Below are positions 26,293-35,353 of a stretch of 48,458 bases of DNA, in pieces. Source of the stretch: an uncultured Gammaproteobacteria bacterium (GTDB taxonomy: Bacteria; Patescibacteriota; Microgenomatia; CAYXHB01). Each line of letters opens with the position of its first letter. The stretch's first letter is position 1. The position numbers and the translations under genes are program-made. The stretch lies in assembly GCA_964444295.1 (NCBI GenBank), contig CAYUGO010000001.1:1-48458 (forward strand), given 5' to 3'. The notes under the pieces were generated by a model. It was given only the letters and a program-made list of their open reading frames with translations, was not told the origin of the DNA and searched no databases.

Positions 26293-27309
26293 CTATGTGG
26301 TGAAATCATGCGGGTAAATTTCTTGAATGGTTTTGAGTAATAGTTGGCTTGCTTGGTTGGGAGACATTTTTAGATTAATTCCAGCAGCTGCAGGGTGTCC
26401 GCCGCCGCCAAGTTGGGCTGCAATTTGACCTAGATTATACTTCTTTGAGTCCCGAGTTCTAAGACTAACTTTGACGACATTTGGATCTATTTCTATAAAA
26501 CTGGCTACGATTTCCCAACCGATTACTGATTTTAAAATATTTGCGACTTCGCTATTCTGGATGAAATTGGGATCAATATCATGATTATCTAAATCTTGGT
26601 AACTTATATTAGATATGATAATTTTCGAGTTTGAATATGATTCTAAATGAGTTAAGGCTAGACCTAGGTATTTGACCATGTCTGAGTGTTGATGATTATT
26701 AAGGTCAAATAAATATTGAGGGAATTCAGGGTTAATCTTTGCCAATTGTGCACCAGCAGTAAGGGTTTTGGTGGTGGTCCCGGGATACTCAAATCCACCT
26801 GTGTCGCTGTGAATCCCTACATATAAATTAATAGCCATCTGAGGGGTTATATTTAATTCCCAAGATTGAAAAAGATAGAATAATATTTCGCAGACTGAAG
26901 GGGCCGATGGATCAATCAAATTAATATCTCCGAACCCTTGATTGGTAATATGATGATCAATCACGATAGTCTGCAGATGAGTTGGAAAATTCACTGGTGA
27001 AGATTTGGTTATTTGATTTGGTGAAGATGAATCTTGAATGATAAATAAATCAAACTGCGATAAGTCTATTTGATTAAATGATTGAGATAGAACTTGATCA
27101 TATCCAGGAAGATGTTCAAAAATGTCTGACTTAGGAGAATCACCTGAGATAATCTTGAATTGTTTATTTAATTGAAGAAGTGCTTCTGACATAGCCAAAA
27201 CTCCCCCGACGCTATCAGCATCCGGACTAGGGTGGCAGTGCAATAAAATACAATGTGATTTATTAATTGCTTCTAAAATCTGAGTTGATATTGATGTAAA
27301 ATCTCCCAT
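26293..27309 (-). CDS. nrnA: DHH/DHHA1 phosphoesterase (NrnA-like oligoribonuclease / pAp phosphatase)
   Basis: Motifs HCHPSPDADSVGG, VIDHHITN (DHH), GIHSDTGGF, and DHHA1 GGGGHPAAAG. Confidence 0.75.
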   Translation of the reverse strand: MGDFTSISTQILEAINKSHCILLHCHPSPDADSVGGVLAMSEALLQLNKQFKIISGDSPKSDIFEHLPGYDQVLSQSFNQIDLSQFDLFIIQDSSSPNQITKSSPVNFPTHLQTIVIDHHITNQGFGDINLIDPSAPSVCEILFYLFQSWELNITPQMAINLYVGIHSDTGGFEYPGTTTKTLTAGAQLAKINPEFPQYLFDLNNHQHSDMVKYLGLALTHLESYSNSKIIISNISYQDLDNHDIDPNFIQNSEVANILKSVIGWEIVASFIEIDPNVVKVSLRTRDSKKYNLGQIAAQLGGGGHPAAAGINLKMSPNQASQLLLKTIQEIYPHDFTT

Positions 27310-27311
27310 AT

Positions 27312-28262
27312 TTATATAAAAAGTTTCCCAGCTAAATACTTGCGCCAGACTTCATATAATTCTGCGGTAGCAATTACATCCCGAGAAACATATTTTACTA
27401 TTTCATCAAGTTTGCCCTGATGAAATAATTTGGATACTTCCATACCAGAAATACCTGGCAATTTAGGATTGGAAATATCAAGGGCTTTGCAGATTGTTTC
27501 TAATTTGAATGGTCGATTATTAAGTCGGAATTTGTAAGATAGGTCAACAAACTTATCATCGGATCCGTGCGTTTGAAACGGAACTTTAATTCGGTTGACT
27601 GCAGATCTGAAAGTTAAAAAAGGAAAATCAAAGCCTGAACCATTGTATGTAACAAATCTTTGGTACTGGCTAGCAATGTCCCAGAAATCACTAATCATCT
27701 CAGACTCTGTTGAATAAGCTTGGGAAGTAAAGTTTTCTACTTCTATTGTGGCCTTTTCAGGTGATAAGTATAAAACTTTACCCTGATTTGAATTAGGATT
27801 ATAGAGTCCGATAGTCAAGACAGATCCATACATAGGATATAAGCCTGTTCTGCCATGCAATTGTCGTTTGGTCCCTTTGAAATCTTTTTCTAGATTATTA
27901 ATAAAGTAATCTTTGTCAGTTTTGTCTAAAAATGTAAGAGATTTGCCAACTGTTTCAATGTCAAAAACCAAAGTAGGAACAGCGACAAGGTATGGTTCGA
28001 TATCTTCATCTGTTATTAGCTTGGCTGATTTTATATTAATTATTTTTTCTTGTTGATAGTTATCTAAAATTCCTGTGATGTGGAATACTTTACTTGGAAT
28101 TAAATGGACACTGGGCAAAGCTTCAGGCCAAACTCTTGCACCGATTAATCCTGCTTGTGTGCTTAATTGTACATATTGATAATCGTCTCCAGCTGCAGTT
28201 TTTTTGGAATCACATGATATTACTGCAAATTTATCATTTATCTTAGTGGAGAGGTCTGACAT
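27312..28262 (-). CDS. DEDDy 3'-5' exonuclease (PolB-exonuclease-like / RNase H fold) with an N-terminal OB-fold-like domain
   Basis: ExoI LVFDIETVG (DxE), ExoII FVTYNGSGFDFPFL, ExoIII KYVSRDVIATAELY (YxxxD). The N-terminal roughly 90 aa is beta-rich and OB-like. Its stop lies 2 nt before the nrnA-like start. Confidence 0.62.
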   Translation of the reverse strand: MSDLSTKINDKFAVISCDSKKTAAGDDYQYVQLSTQAGLIGARVWPEALPSVHLIPSKVFHITGILDNYQQEKIINIKSAKLITDEDIEPYLVAVPTLVFDIETVGKSLTFLDKTDKDYFINNLEKDFKGTKRQLHGRTGLYPMYGSVLTIGLYNPNSNQGKVLYLSPEKATIEVENFTSQAYSTESEMISDFWDIASQYQRFVTYNGSGFDFPFLTFRSAVNRIKVPFQTHGSDDKFVDLSYKFRLNNRPFKLETICKALDISNPKLPGISGMEVSKLFHQGKLDEIVKYVSRDVIATAELYEVWRKYLAGKLFI

Positions 28263-28348
28263 AGCTGTATTTTACATAAGTATATTGCAAAGAGTCAGTA
28301 TGTATTTCAGAACGATTAACTTCGCTAATAGTTTCCTGGTGCTTAGGG

Positions 28349-28377
28349 TTTACAAAACCTATATTATAGGATATACT
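28349..28377 (+). promoter_or_regulatory. Sigma70-like promoter candidate, TTTACA-N17-TATACT, with the -10 only 10 nt from the ATG at 28388
   Basis: TTTACA at 28349-28354, 17-nt spacer, TATACT at 28372-28377. No purine-rich SD lies between the -10 and the start codon. Confidence 0.4.
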
Positions 28378-28387
28378 ATGGCGACTT

Positions 28388-29923
28388 ATGTTACTACTTG
28401 TGAATGGCAAAAAAATACTATTTGACTGGGCATCTGTCATTACAGCCTTATTACTAATATTATTTGTTTTTGTTGCGGGATCTAACCTGCAATATAATAC
28501 CGCGTTTGTAGATGAAGCTATTTATGCAAATGTGGGTGAGGAATTCATGCGTCAAGCATATTGGGATGCGCCACTGAGCTGGATGGGAGGCTCTTATGCC
28601 TATCCTGTTATGAGTGCAACGATAAACAGACTTTCGGGATTATGGGGTATAAGAATGGCATCAACTATTATGGTTTTGATTGTCGCTTGGTGCGTAGGAA
28701 TAATCGGCAAACGAGTAGCTGGTAATTGGGGGCGACCACTAGCCATTGGTTTTTATCTTTTTTCGGCGCCAACTCTTAGCGTAGCTCAATTAGCTACCTA
28801 CGATGCACCAAGTATGATGACATTTACAATTGGTGCATTAGCTCTGATATTGAGCCTTGATCAACAGGGGTGGAAAAAATATTCATTGATTGCCCTTTCG
28901 GGAATTATGATAGGCGGATCTATATTAATTAAATACGTGACCATTTTGGCTACCGCACCTCTGGCGTTGCTGCACATTACCGCAAAGAAACAATGGTTTT
29001 TAGGCGGTTTGTTTTGGGGATGGATATTAATCGCTATAATTTCTCCGTATGTGTATCTAAACTATACGGATCTACATGCATATGCGATCGGCGGTAATTC
29101 AATTGAGATTACTTCACGAATGAGGATTTTGCTGCAAATGATTGAACAGATTCCCGCTCAATTTATTGGAGCTCTGTTAACTGCAATACTATTAGTTATT
29201 AATAGAAATAAGGGTAAAAAAGATAGAATCTGGATAATTTTATTAATAGGTGCAGCTCCGATTATTTATCACCTTGGTTCTGGAAACATTAGATCATTTA
29301 ACAAACATTTGTCTTTGGCAACAGTTATGTGGGCTCCACTGTCTGCCTGGAGCACAATTACTATTTCGAAGATGTATAGACATTATCGTTTGTCACATGG
29401 ACTTGTTGCTAATAGTATGCAGTTGATTAATTCAATTGTTTTGATTGCTATTTTTACCAGTTTATGGACTACCTTCAGCATTCATTGGCGATTTGAAAGA
29501 TCATGGCCTTCAGCCAGTAAAACTGTAGAGTATTTGGATAAGAGATTAACAACGGGGGATAAGGTGTTTGCTGAGGGGGCAGCTACTTATAAGTATCATT
29601 TATTCCGAGGGTTTGGAGATCCATCTGCATGGCCAAGCACTTGGTATTATCAAAGAGATGGCAAATATGGAACTGAAGCGATGAAGGATGCGATTGAAAA
29701 CCAAGAATTTAGATACATAATTCTTAACAAATATTTTACAAGTGAAACAGATGAAGCTATACTTCCAACAGTTATTGAGAATTATGAGCCTGTATTTGAT
29801 GAGAAATATCTTCTCTCTGGCGTCCATGAAATGACTACTACTGTTTGGGAAAAGAAATCTAAAAAGCAGTTTGGGTTCTTTGATTTGTTAGTAAAATCTG
29901 AAATTGAATCGAATTTAATTTAA
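28388..29923 (+). CDS. GT-C fold membrane glycosyltransferase (ArnT/PMT-like)
   Basis: First-loop acidic motif AFVDEAIYANVGEEF, at least 9 TM helices, and a soluble C-terminal domain of about 130 aa. Confidence 0.6.
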   Translation: MLLLVNGKKILFDWASVITALLLILFVFVAGSNLQYNTAFVDEAIYANVGEEFMRQAYWDAPLSWMGGSYAYPVMSATINRLSGLWGIRMASTIMVLIVAWCVGIIGKRVAGNWGRPLAIGFYLFSAPTLSVAQLATYDAPSMMTFTIGALALILSLDQQGWKKYSLIALSGIMIGGSILIKYVTILATAPLALLHITAKKQWFLGGLFWGWILIAIISPYVYLNYTDLHAYAIGGNSIEITSRMRILLQMIEQIPAQFIGALLTAILLVINRNKGKKDRIWIILLIGAAPIIYHLGSGNIRSFNKHLSLATVMWAPLSAWSTITISKMYRHYRLSHGLVANSMQLINSIVLIAIFTSLWTTFSIHWRFERSWPSASKTVEYLDKRLTTGDKVFAEGAATYKYHLFRGFGDPSAWPSTWYYQRDGKYGTEAMKDAIENQEFRYIILNKYFTSETDEAILPTVIENYEPVFDEKYLLSGVHEMTTTVWEKKSKKQFGFFDLLVKSEIESNLI

Positions 29924-29928
29924 TAAAT

Positions 29929-31569
29929 ATGTTAATTCAATCAAATAATTATATTCAAAATAAAAACTGGCAACGAATCCCTGGATCAATATTTATGATG
30001 GCAGGTTTGGTTTATTTGTCTTGGTTAGTTATGAACCTTAATTATGACAACTTGTTAATTTCGATCCCTTTTGGGTTGGTGCAGATATTAACTTTTTTTA
30101 TTGTAAGCATTTCAGTAATAAATAATTGGTCAAGTACTTATAGAAAAGATCGACTACAAAAGAGTGTAACACCTGATGTAGGGGTAGTTATTCCTACATA
30201 CGGAGAAATAATTCAAATAATTGAACCGACAGTTTTATCATTATTAAATTCAAATTATGAAGGAAAAATTGTAATAGTTTTGTCTAATGATGAACGCAGC
30301 CAAAAGAAGGAGAACCAACTTCAGATGCTTGAGGAACGAATAAACAATCTGCTTATTAGCCAGAATTATAAAGGTGAAAGAGTATTCTATCTAAGACATT
30401 CAAGTCCTCATGACCAAGCCAAGGCAGGAAATTTGAATCAAGCTATGGAATATATTAAAGAAAGGCATCCTGAAATTGAACTGTTAATAACTGAGGATGC
30501 CGATGAAATTGCCTATGCTGATTTTGTAGATGCAGTGGTGGGATATTTTGAGAATCCGCAAGTCGCATATGTGCAAACAATCAAACAATCTCTGACTCAT
30601 CCAAGTGATCCGTTTGGAAATCAGGATCTTATGTTTTATTGCCGGACTGCGGCATCACGGGATGCTTGCAACTCAATGTTTTCGTGCGGATCTGGAGTCA
30701 TGTGGAGAATTAGGGCGTTGGAAGATGTCGGAGGGTTTAATACTTGGAACTTAGTTGAAGACCTAACAACTTCATACGAAATGTTAAGCCGTGGATGGGA
30801 ATCCAGATTTCATTATGAGCCTATGTCTGAAGGTCTGGCTCCTGAGGATTTGCCTAATTATATAAAACAACGCGGAACTTGGGCTATCGATACGATGAGA
30901 ATTTTCTTCTGGAATAATCCATTGTGGAAAAAAGGTTTGACATGGAGACAGAAGTTGCAGTTTTTGGAACCCTGTTTGTTTTATATAAATGGATTTGTAA
31001 CTACAAGCATGATTATCGTGGCCTCATTAAGCTTATTGTTTGAAGCCTGGCCGACAACCGCAAATGCTTGGGAACATGGATTAATGATGTTGCCATACTT
31101 CTTGGCAATGGAAACATATTTCTTGATTCTGGCTGGGAATATTCCATACTATCGGGTTCGCCAAATGTGGGTGGGTCTTGCACCAGTGTTTGTCAAAGCT
31201 ACGATTATCGCCTTAATGTATGGACCAAATAAGAAACCTAAATACAAAGTTACCCGCAAACAAAATCAGTATTCTAATTATTTATACATGGTTTGGCCGC
31301 AAATCGGATTACTAGGATTATTGGTTGCTGGTTTAGGTAAAACTATTTTGACTACTCCACTCTATAGCGCTTTTGACTGGGGAGCTGTTTTCTGGAGTTT
31401 GTATTTGGCTTCATTTTTGGTACAAATTATCAAGATATCATACTGGGGTTGGCAACCAATCTATCAATTAAATGTATCGATATTGGATCAAAATGTGTTG
31501 GGAAGAATTAAAAATGGTCTAACTTCAGCAATTAAAGAGGCTCTTCCTATACAAATTAGTAAAGATTAA
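29929..31569 (+). CDS. Processive GT2 polysaccharide synthase, cellulose-synthase (BcsA/CelA)-like, without a PilZ domain
   Basis: Two N-terminal TM helices. Motifs VVIPTYGE, QAKAGNLNQA, ITEDADE (DxD), SCGSGVMWR, LVEDLTTSYE (TED-like), and KQRGTWAID in place of QxxRW. Multiple C-terminal TM helices. Confidence 0.75.
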   Translation: MLIQSNNYIQNKNWQRIPGSIFMMAGLVYLSWLVMNLNYDNLLISIPFGLVQILTFFIVSISVINNWSSTYRKDRLQKSVTPDVGVVIPTYGEIIQIIEPTVLSLLNSNYEGKIVIVLSNDERSQKKENQLQMLEERINNLLISQNYKGERVFYLRHSSPHDQAKAGNLNQAMEYIKERHPEIELLITEDADEIAYADFVDAVVGYFENPQVAYVQTIKQSLTHPSDPFGNQDLMFYCRTAASRDACNSMFSCGSGVMWRIRALEDVGGFNTWNLVEDLTTSYEMLSRGWESRFHYEPMSEGLAPEDLPNYIKQRGTWAIDTMRIFFWNNPLWKKGLTWRQKLQFLEPCLFYINGFVTTSMIIVASLSLLFEAWPTTANAWEHGLMMLPYFLAMETYFLILAGNIPYYRVRQMWVGLAPVFVKATIIALMYGPNKKPKYKVTRKQNQYSNYLYMVWPQIGLLGLLVAGLGKTILTTPLYSAFDWGAVFWSLYLASFLVQIIKISYWGWQPIYQLNVSILDQNVLGRIKNGLTSAIKEALPIQISKD

Positions 31570-32396
31570 GAATCATTTTGGGGAACAACAATTACCCGCT
31601 TTATAATCGGTTTGGGAATATCGACATGCTCTCCGGTGGGATAATCACGAATAGATTGCCATAGATTAGAACTGGTGTAACGGAAATTACGTCCATTACG
31701 AGTCCCTGGATCTTGAGTGATGAATTGTTGTGTGTTGGCATCATATCCATTAATCACCAACATATGCCGATTAGGTCCTGGAGCTGTAAAGTTGGGGTTG
31801 TCCAAAAGTTGACCATTCATGGGTGCAATAATTAGTTTGTTTGTTTGCAAAATACGAATTAAATCACTGACATCTTTAGGTGTAATAATTTCAATATTTG
31901 ATAATTGGAAATAACCTTGAAGAATCCTTGTGACTGTATCTTCTACCGATGTATCCACGAATGAATTGTAGTTATCTGTTTGATATTGGGCTAATTTAAT
32001 AATTGTATCGTTAGCAATTTGGGGAGTAAGAGGGAGATTATGTACCCAAGAATAAACAATCAAGCTGGATGTTTCTTCACATGCATCTTGAAATCTAGCA
32101 TCTGACCATTGTCCATAAGGAGCTTGAGAAGCAAAAGGTGCATTCCGAATTACTGTTTGAATTGGTGGAAGTGATGGAGATAGCGATATTGGAGTGATGG
32201 TTGGTTTAGCAGACGAAGGAACTGGAGTAGTGGTCGGAAAATTAGAGATGGATTCAGAAGATGATTCACGAGTTGGTTGATATTGAATAATTGTTATCAA
32301 GCTTAATAATGAAAATAAGACGATAAGGAAAATCCAAATATAACGAAAAGTGACTGATGTTGGTAATTGATTATGAGAGGGTTTTCTTAAGTTCAT
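31566..32396 (-). CDS. Membrane-anchored C39-like cysteine peptidase domain protein (Peptidase_C39_2-like)
   Basis: N-terminal TM helix (YIWIFLIVLFSLLSLITII), an S/T/P-rich linker, then RNAPFASQAPYGQWSDARFQDACEETS (candidate Cys) and HMLVINGYD (candidate His). Confidence 0.6.
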   Translation of the reverse strand: MNLRKPSHNQLPTSVTFRYIWIFLIVLFSLLSLITIIQYQPTRESSSESISNFPTTTPVPSSAKPTITPISLSPSLPPIQTVIRNAPFASQAPYGQWSDARFQDACEETSSLIVYSWVHNLPLTPQIANDTIIKLAQYQTDNYNSFVDTSVEDTVTRILQGYFQLSNIEIITPKDVSDLIRILQTNKLIIAPMNGQLLDNPNFTAPGPNRHMLVINGYDANTQQFITQDPGTRNGRNFRYTSSNLWQSIRDYPTGEHVDIPKPIIKRVIVVPQNDS

Positions 32397-33075
32397 CTAG
32401 TTGCTGGGAACGTAATGTGAGGGAAGGATTAGAATCAATAATCTGAGCTGCCTTGTCAATATAACTTGTCACTTGCGGGAGTTTTTGGAAATGATGACTT
32501 AATCTGGCAAGCCGCATGTAAGCACCTGAAGTCCAGACATCTTTGCTATATTTATCTTCGTCTAATGAAGATAATTGTTGTGCAAGGGATTCTAGCTTGG
32601 GAATCACTTGATCATCTCCTGCCATGCCTCGGGCAAAAAGTAAATGCACTTGGAAATCAATTCTAACAGCAAGGCGATCATGATTGGGTGGAGGAAAATT
32701 ATTAAGATTATCAAAAGCTTTTTGGAAATAAATCGCAGCTTGTTGCCAGTCTGTTTCAAATTCTTGATAGTATTTGCCAGTGTTGAAATATGGCAAAGCC
32801 AAGGCTTGAGGGAGGCGGGAATTTTGGGCAATTTCTACAGCTACTAAAACTGAATGGTGAGCTTGAACCTGATATGCATCAGCCATTTGAGGCGATACTT
32901 GCTGATGTAAATGTTTGAAGACATTAAATCTAGAACACATCACCTCAGAAGCACCTAGTAAATCATCCTCTTGAATATAGGAAACAAAAGCTCGATCAGT
33001 TAATTCTAAAGATGTAGCAAAATCTCCAGATTCACGAGCAGTTTCTGCTTGAGTGTGAAGTTCGCGTGCGGTCAT
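32371..33075 (-). CDS. Hypothetical helical-repeat (TPR-like) protein
   Basis: All-alpha repetitive composition (AETARESGDFATSLELTDRAF..., NTGKYYQEFETDWQQAAIYFQKAF...). Its 3' end overlaps the C39-like gene start by 26 nt. Confidence 0.45.
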   Translation of the reverse strand: MTARELHTQAETARESGDFATSLELTDRAFVSYIQEDDLLGASEVMCSRFNVFKHLHQQVSPQMADAYQVQAHHSVLVAVEIAQNSRLPQALALPYFNTGKYYQEFETDWQQAAIYFQKAFDNLNNFPPPNHDRLAVRIDFQVHLLFARGMAGDDQVIPKLESLAQQLSSLDEDKYSKDVWTSGAYMRLARLSHHFQKLPQVTSYIDKAAQIIDSNPSLTLRSQQLDELKKTLS

Positions 33076-33113
33076 AGAGTGATTATACGATATGAGAATA
33101 GGGAAATTTGAAT

Positions 33114-33797
33114 TTATGTAAATATTTCTAAAGGGATGTCTAATCTTTTTATGATCTGCATTTGAGTTTGAATCTGGGCATCGGTGTGAAAGATGATATG
33201 AACTTGATCTAATAAAATTGATTCATAAAGTAACTCTTTTGTGTCGTTTTGGATGGTTTTAATTAATGAATCATGCCAATCGTTTTGAGAAATTTTTCCT
33301 AGAGTTATATGTGGATCAAATTTGTCACGAGCGTAGACAAATCCATTGTTGTATAAGTTATCAATTTCAATTGAATTAAATTTATTTTGGGTTAAACGTT
33401 GGAAATCTTTTTGTCTAATTGTACCTGGATTACGATATTTAAGCAGAATATCCATTAATAAATTATGTTGTTGATTAAGCCATTGTTGGTCTATTGATAA
33501 TTTGATGAATTGATCTCCATCGCGGGTAGGCTCGATAATGACTTTAATAATATTAAGTTGGTGTGCATATTTCCATTGATGAACAAATTCCACTGCCTCA
33601 TCAAAAGCCGGTTGATTATCAGATTCTGACATTGGTAATAGAATTAATCCGATGTGAGGAGGAAGATCAAATGAATTAGGCCATTTTGATTGAAAATCTG
33701 ATTTTATCTGATCAATTAGTTTAGATTTTAGGTCAAAACCGACCGACAATATTGTCTCTACCGAATTCCATTGATACATAGTACTAGGAGTATACAA
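33114..33797 (-). CDS. Possible 2H phosphoesterase (LigT-like) superfamily protein
   Basis: Two H-x-T/S-like motifs at the expected spacing, PPHIGLILLP (with Gly in place of Thr/Ser) and DPHITLGKI. The call is weak. Confidence 0.35.
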   Translation of the reverse strand: MYTPSTMYQWNSVETILSVGFDLKSKLIDQIKSDFQSKWPNSFDLPPHIGLILLPMSESDNQPAFDEAVEFVHQWKYAHQLNIIKVIIEPTRDGDQFIKLSIDQQWLNQQHNLLMDILLKYRNPGTIRQKDFQRLTQNKFNSIEIDNLYNNGFVYARDKFDPHITLGKISQNDWHDSLIKTIQNDTKELLYESILLDQVHIIFHTDAQIQTQMQIIKRLDIPLEIFT

Positions 33798-33821
33798 TAT
33801 GCTTGTGACATACTTATCTTA

Positions 33822-35351
33822 ATGCTTGCCAAAGTTATTTCAGGAGCGGTGGTAGGGCTGGAAACAACTCAGATTACAGTTGAGGTAGACGTATCTAACA
33901 TGGGATTGTTTCGGTTCACGGTTGTAGGATTGCCTGATAAAGCGGTGGAAGAAGCAAGGGAAAGAGTGATGAGTGCGGTAAAAAATAGTAATGCAAGTTT
34001 TCCACAACATCGGATTACTGTTAATTTGGCTCCGGCTGATATCCCGAAAATAGGGCCTGCTTATGATCTGCCAATTGCTTTGGGAATATTAATAGCTCAT
34101 GGAGAAATTGAGGCTAATATTGAAAAATATATGTTTGTAGGAGAGTTGTCCCTAGATGGATCGATAAGACATACAAATGGAGTTTTGCCTTTGGCAATTT
34201 TGGCTAGAGACTTAGGATTGAGGAGGATTTTTGTGCCAAGCGTAGATGCAAGAGAAGCATCTGTGGTTTCGGGAATTGAAATCGTGGGATTAGATTCATT
34301 ATCACAATTATTGCAAATTCTTGCAGGTCAAATTGAAGCTCCAGTGCATGGATACACTCCATATGTAAATCTCTTAACTGAATTGTCCAGTAGTATATTT
34401 GATTTTGCTGATGTTAAAGGTCAAGAGCAAGCAAAAAGAGCAATGGAAATTGCGGCAGCTGGCCATCACAACATTATGTTGCATGGAGTCCCTGGCGCAG
34501 GGAAAACGATGCTTTCTCGTGCATTGCCTTCGATATTACCTTCGATGGATGAGTCAGAAGCTTTGGAGGTGACTAAGATTTATTCAGTAACAGGAAATTT
34601 GCCTAGTGAGAAATCATTAATGACTATTCGTCCTTTTCGATCTCCTCATCATACTACCAGTCGAATTGGATTAATCGGCGGGGGTAGTCATCCAATGCCA
34701 GGAGAGATTTCTCTAGCTCATCGAGGAGTGTTGTTTTTGGATGAGTTACCAGAATTTCCTCGAGATGTGTTGGAGGCGTTGCGGCAACCATTGGAGGATG
34801 GAATTGTAACTATTTCTCGAGCTGCTGGGACAATTCAGTATCCAGCAGAATTTTTGCTGGTTGCAGCTGCCAATCCTTGTCCATGCGGATATTATGGCAG
34901 TTCTTCACGAGCCTGTACTTGCCCTGCAGGACAAATTGGCCGATATCAGAAGAAATTGTCAGGTCCTCTACTCGATCGAATTGATTTGCATGTGCAGGTT
35001 AATTCAGTTCCGTTGGATAAATTAACAAGTATTGAAGAAGGTGAAAAATCAAACGAAATTAGAGTTCGAGTTGAGAAAGCTCGCGCAATGCAAAGACAAA
35101 GATTTGTAGATTTGAAGTTGCACGCCAATGGGCAGATGTCCAGCCAGCATGTGAGGAAAATTTGTTCACTTGATATTGAGAGCGAGTCTCTTCTCAAACG
35201 AGCTGCAGATCAGTTACACTTATCGGCACGGGCTTATTTTAGAATTATCAAAGTAGCGCGAACTATTGCGGATTTATCCGAGACTGAGAATATTACTAAG
35301 GCTCACATTGCCGAGGCATTACAGTATCGAACCATGATCCAAAATTTATAA
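33822..35351 (+). CDS. comM: YifB/ComM-family Mg-chelatase-like AAA+ ATPase
   Basis: Start at 33822 (MLAKVISGAVVG...) removes the overlap with the divergent gene. N-terminal Lon-protease-like ChlI domain, Walker A HGVPGAGKT, Walker B VLFLDE, Cys cluster CPCGYYGSSSRACTCP, C-terminal AHIAEALQYR. Confidence 0.9.
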   Translation: MLAKVISGAVVGLETTQITVEVDVSNMGLFRFTVVGLPDKAVEEARERVMSAVKNSNASFPQHRITVNLAPADIPKIGPAYDLPIALGILIAHGEIEANIEKYMFVGELSLDGSIRHTNGVLPLAILARDLGLRRIFVPSVDAREASVVSGIEIVGLDSLSQLLQILAGQIEAPVHGYTPYVNLLTELSSSIFDFADVKGQEQAKRAMEIAAAGHHNIMLHGVPGAGKTMLSRALPSILPSMDESEALEVTKIYSVTGNLPSEKSLMTIRPFRSPHHTTSRIGLIGGGSHPMPGEISLAHRGVLFLDELPEFPRDVLEALRQPLEDGIVTISRAAGTIQYPAEFLLVAAANPCPCGYYGSSSRACTCPAGQIGRYQKKLSGPLLDRIDLHVQVNSVPLDKLTSIEEGEKSNEIRVRVEKARAMQRQRFVDLKLHANGQMSSQHVRKICSLDIESESLLKRAADQLHLSARAYFRIIKVARTIADLSETENITKAHIAEALQYRTMIQNL

Positions 35352-35353
35352 AT

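Noticed and set aside
31566-31569. Convergent genes share overlapping stop codons within TTAA, here and again at 43968-43971.
   Set aside because: This is a real sequence feature but a trivial consequence of TAA stops in a compact AT-rich genome. There is no evidence of function.
33771-33821. The upstream extension of comM/yifB (ORF opens at 33771) overlaps the divergent 33114..33797 gene.
   Set aside because: YifB family proteins begin at M-(L/x)-A-x-(V/I)-x-S, which matches the ATG at 33822. The extension adds unrelated residues.
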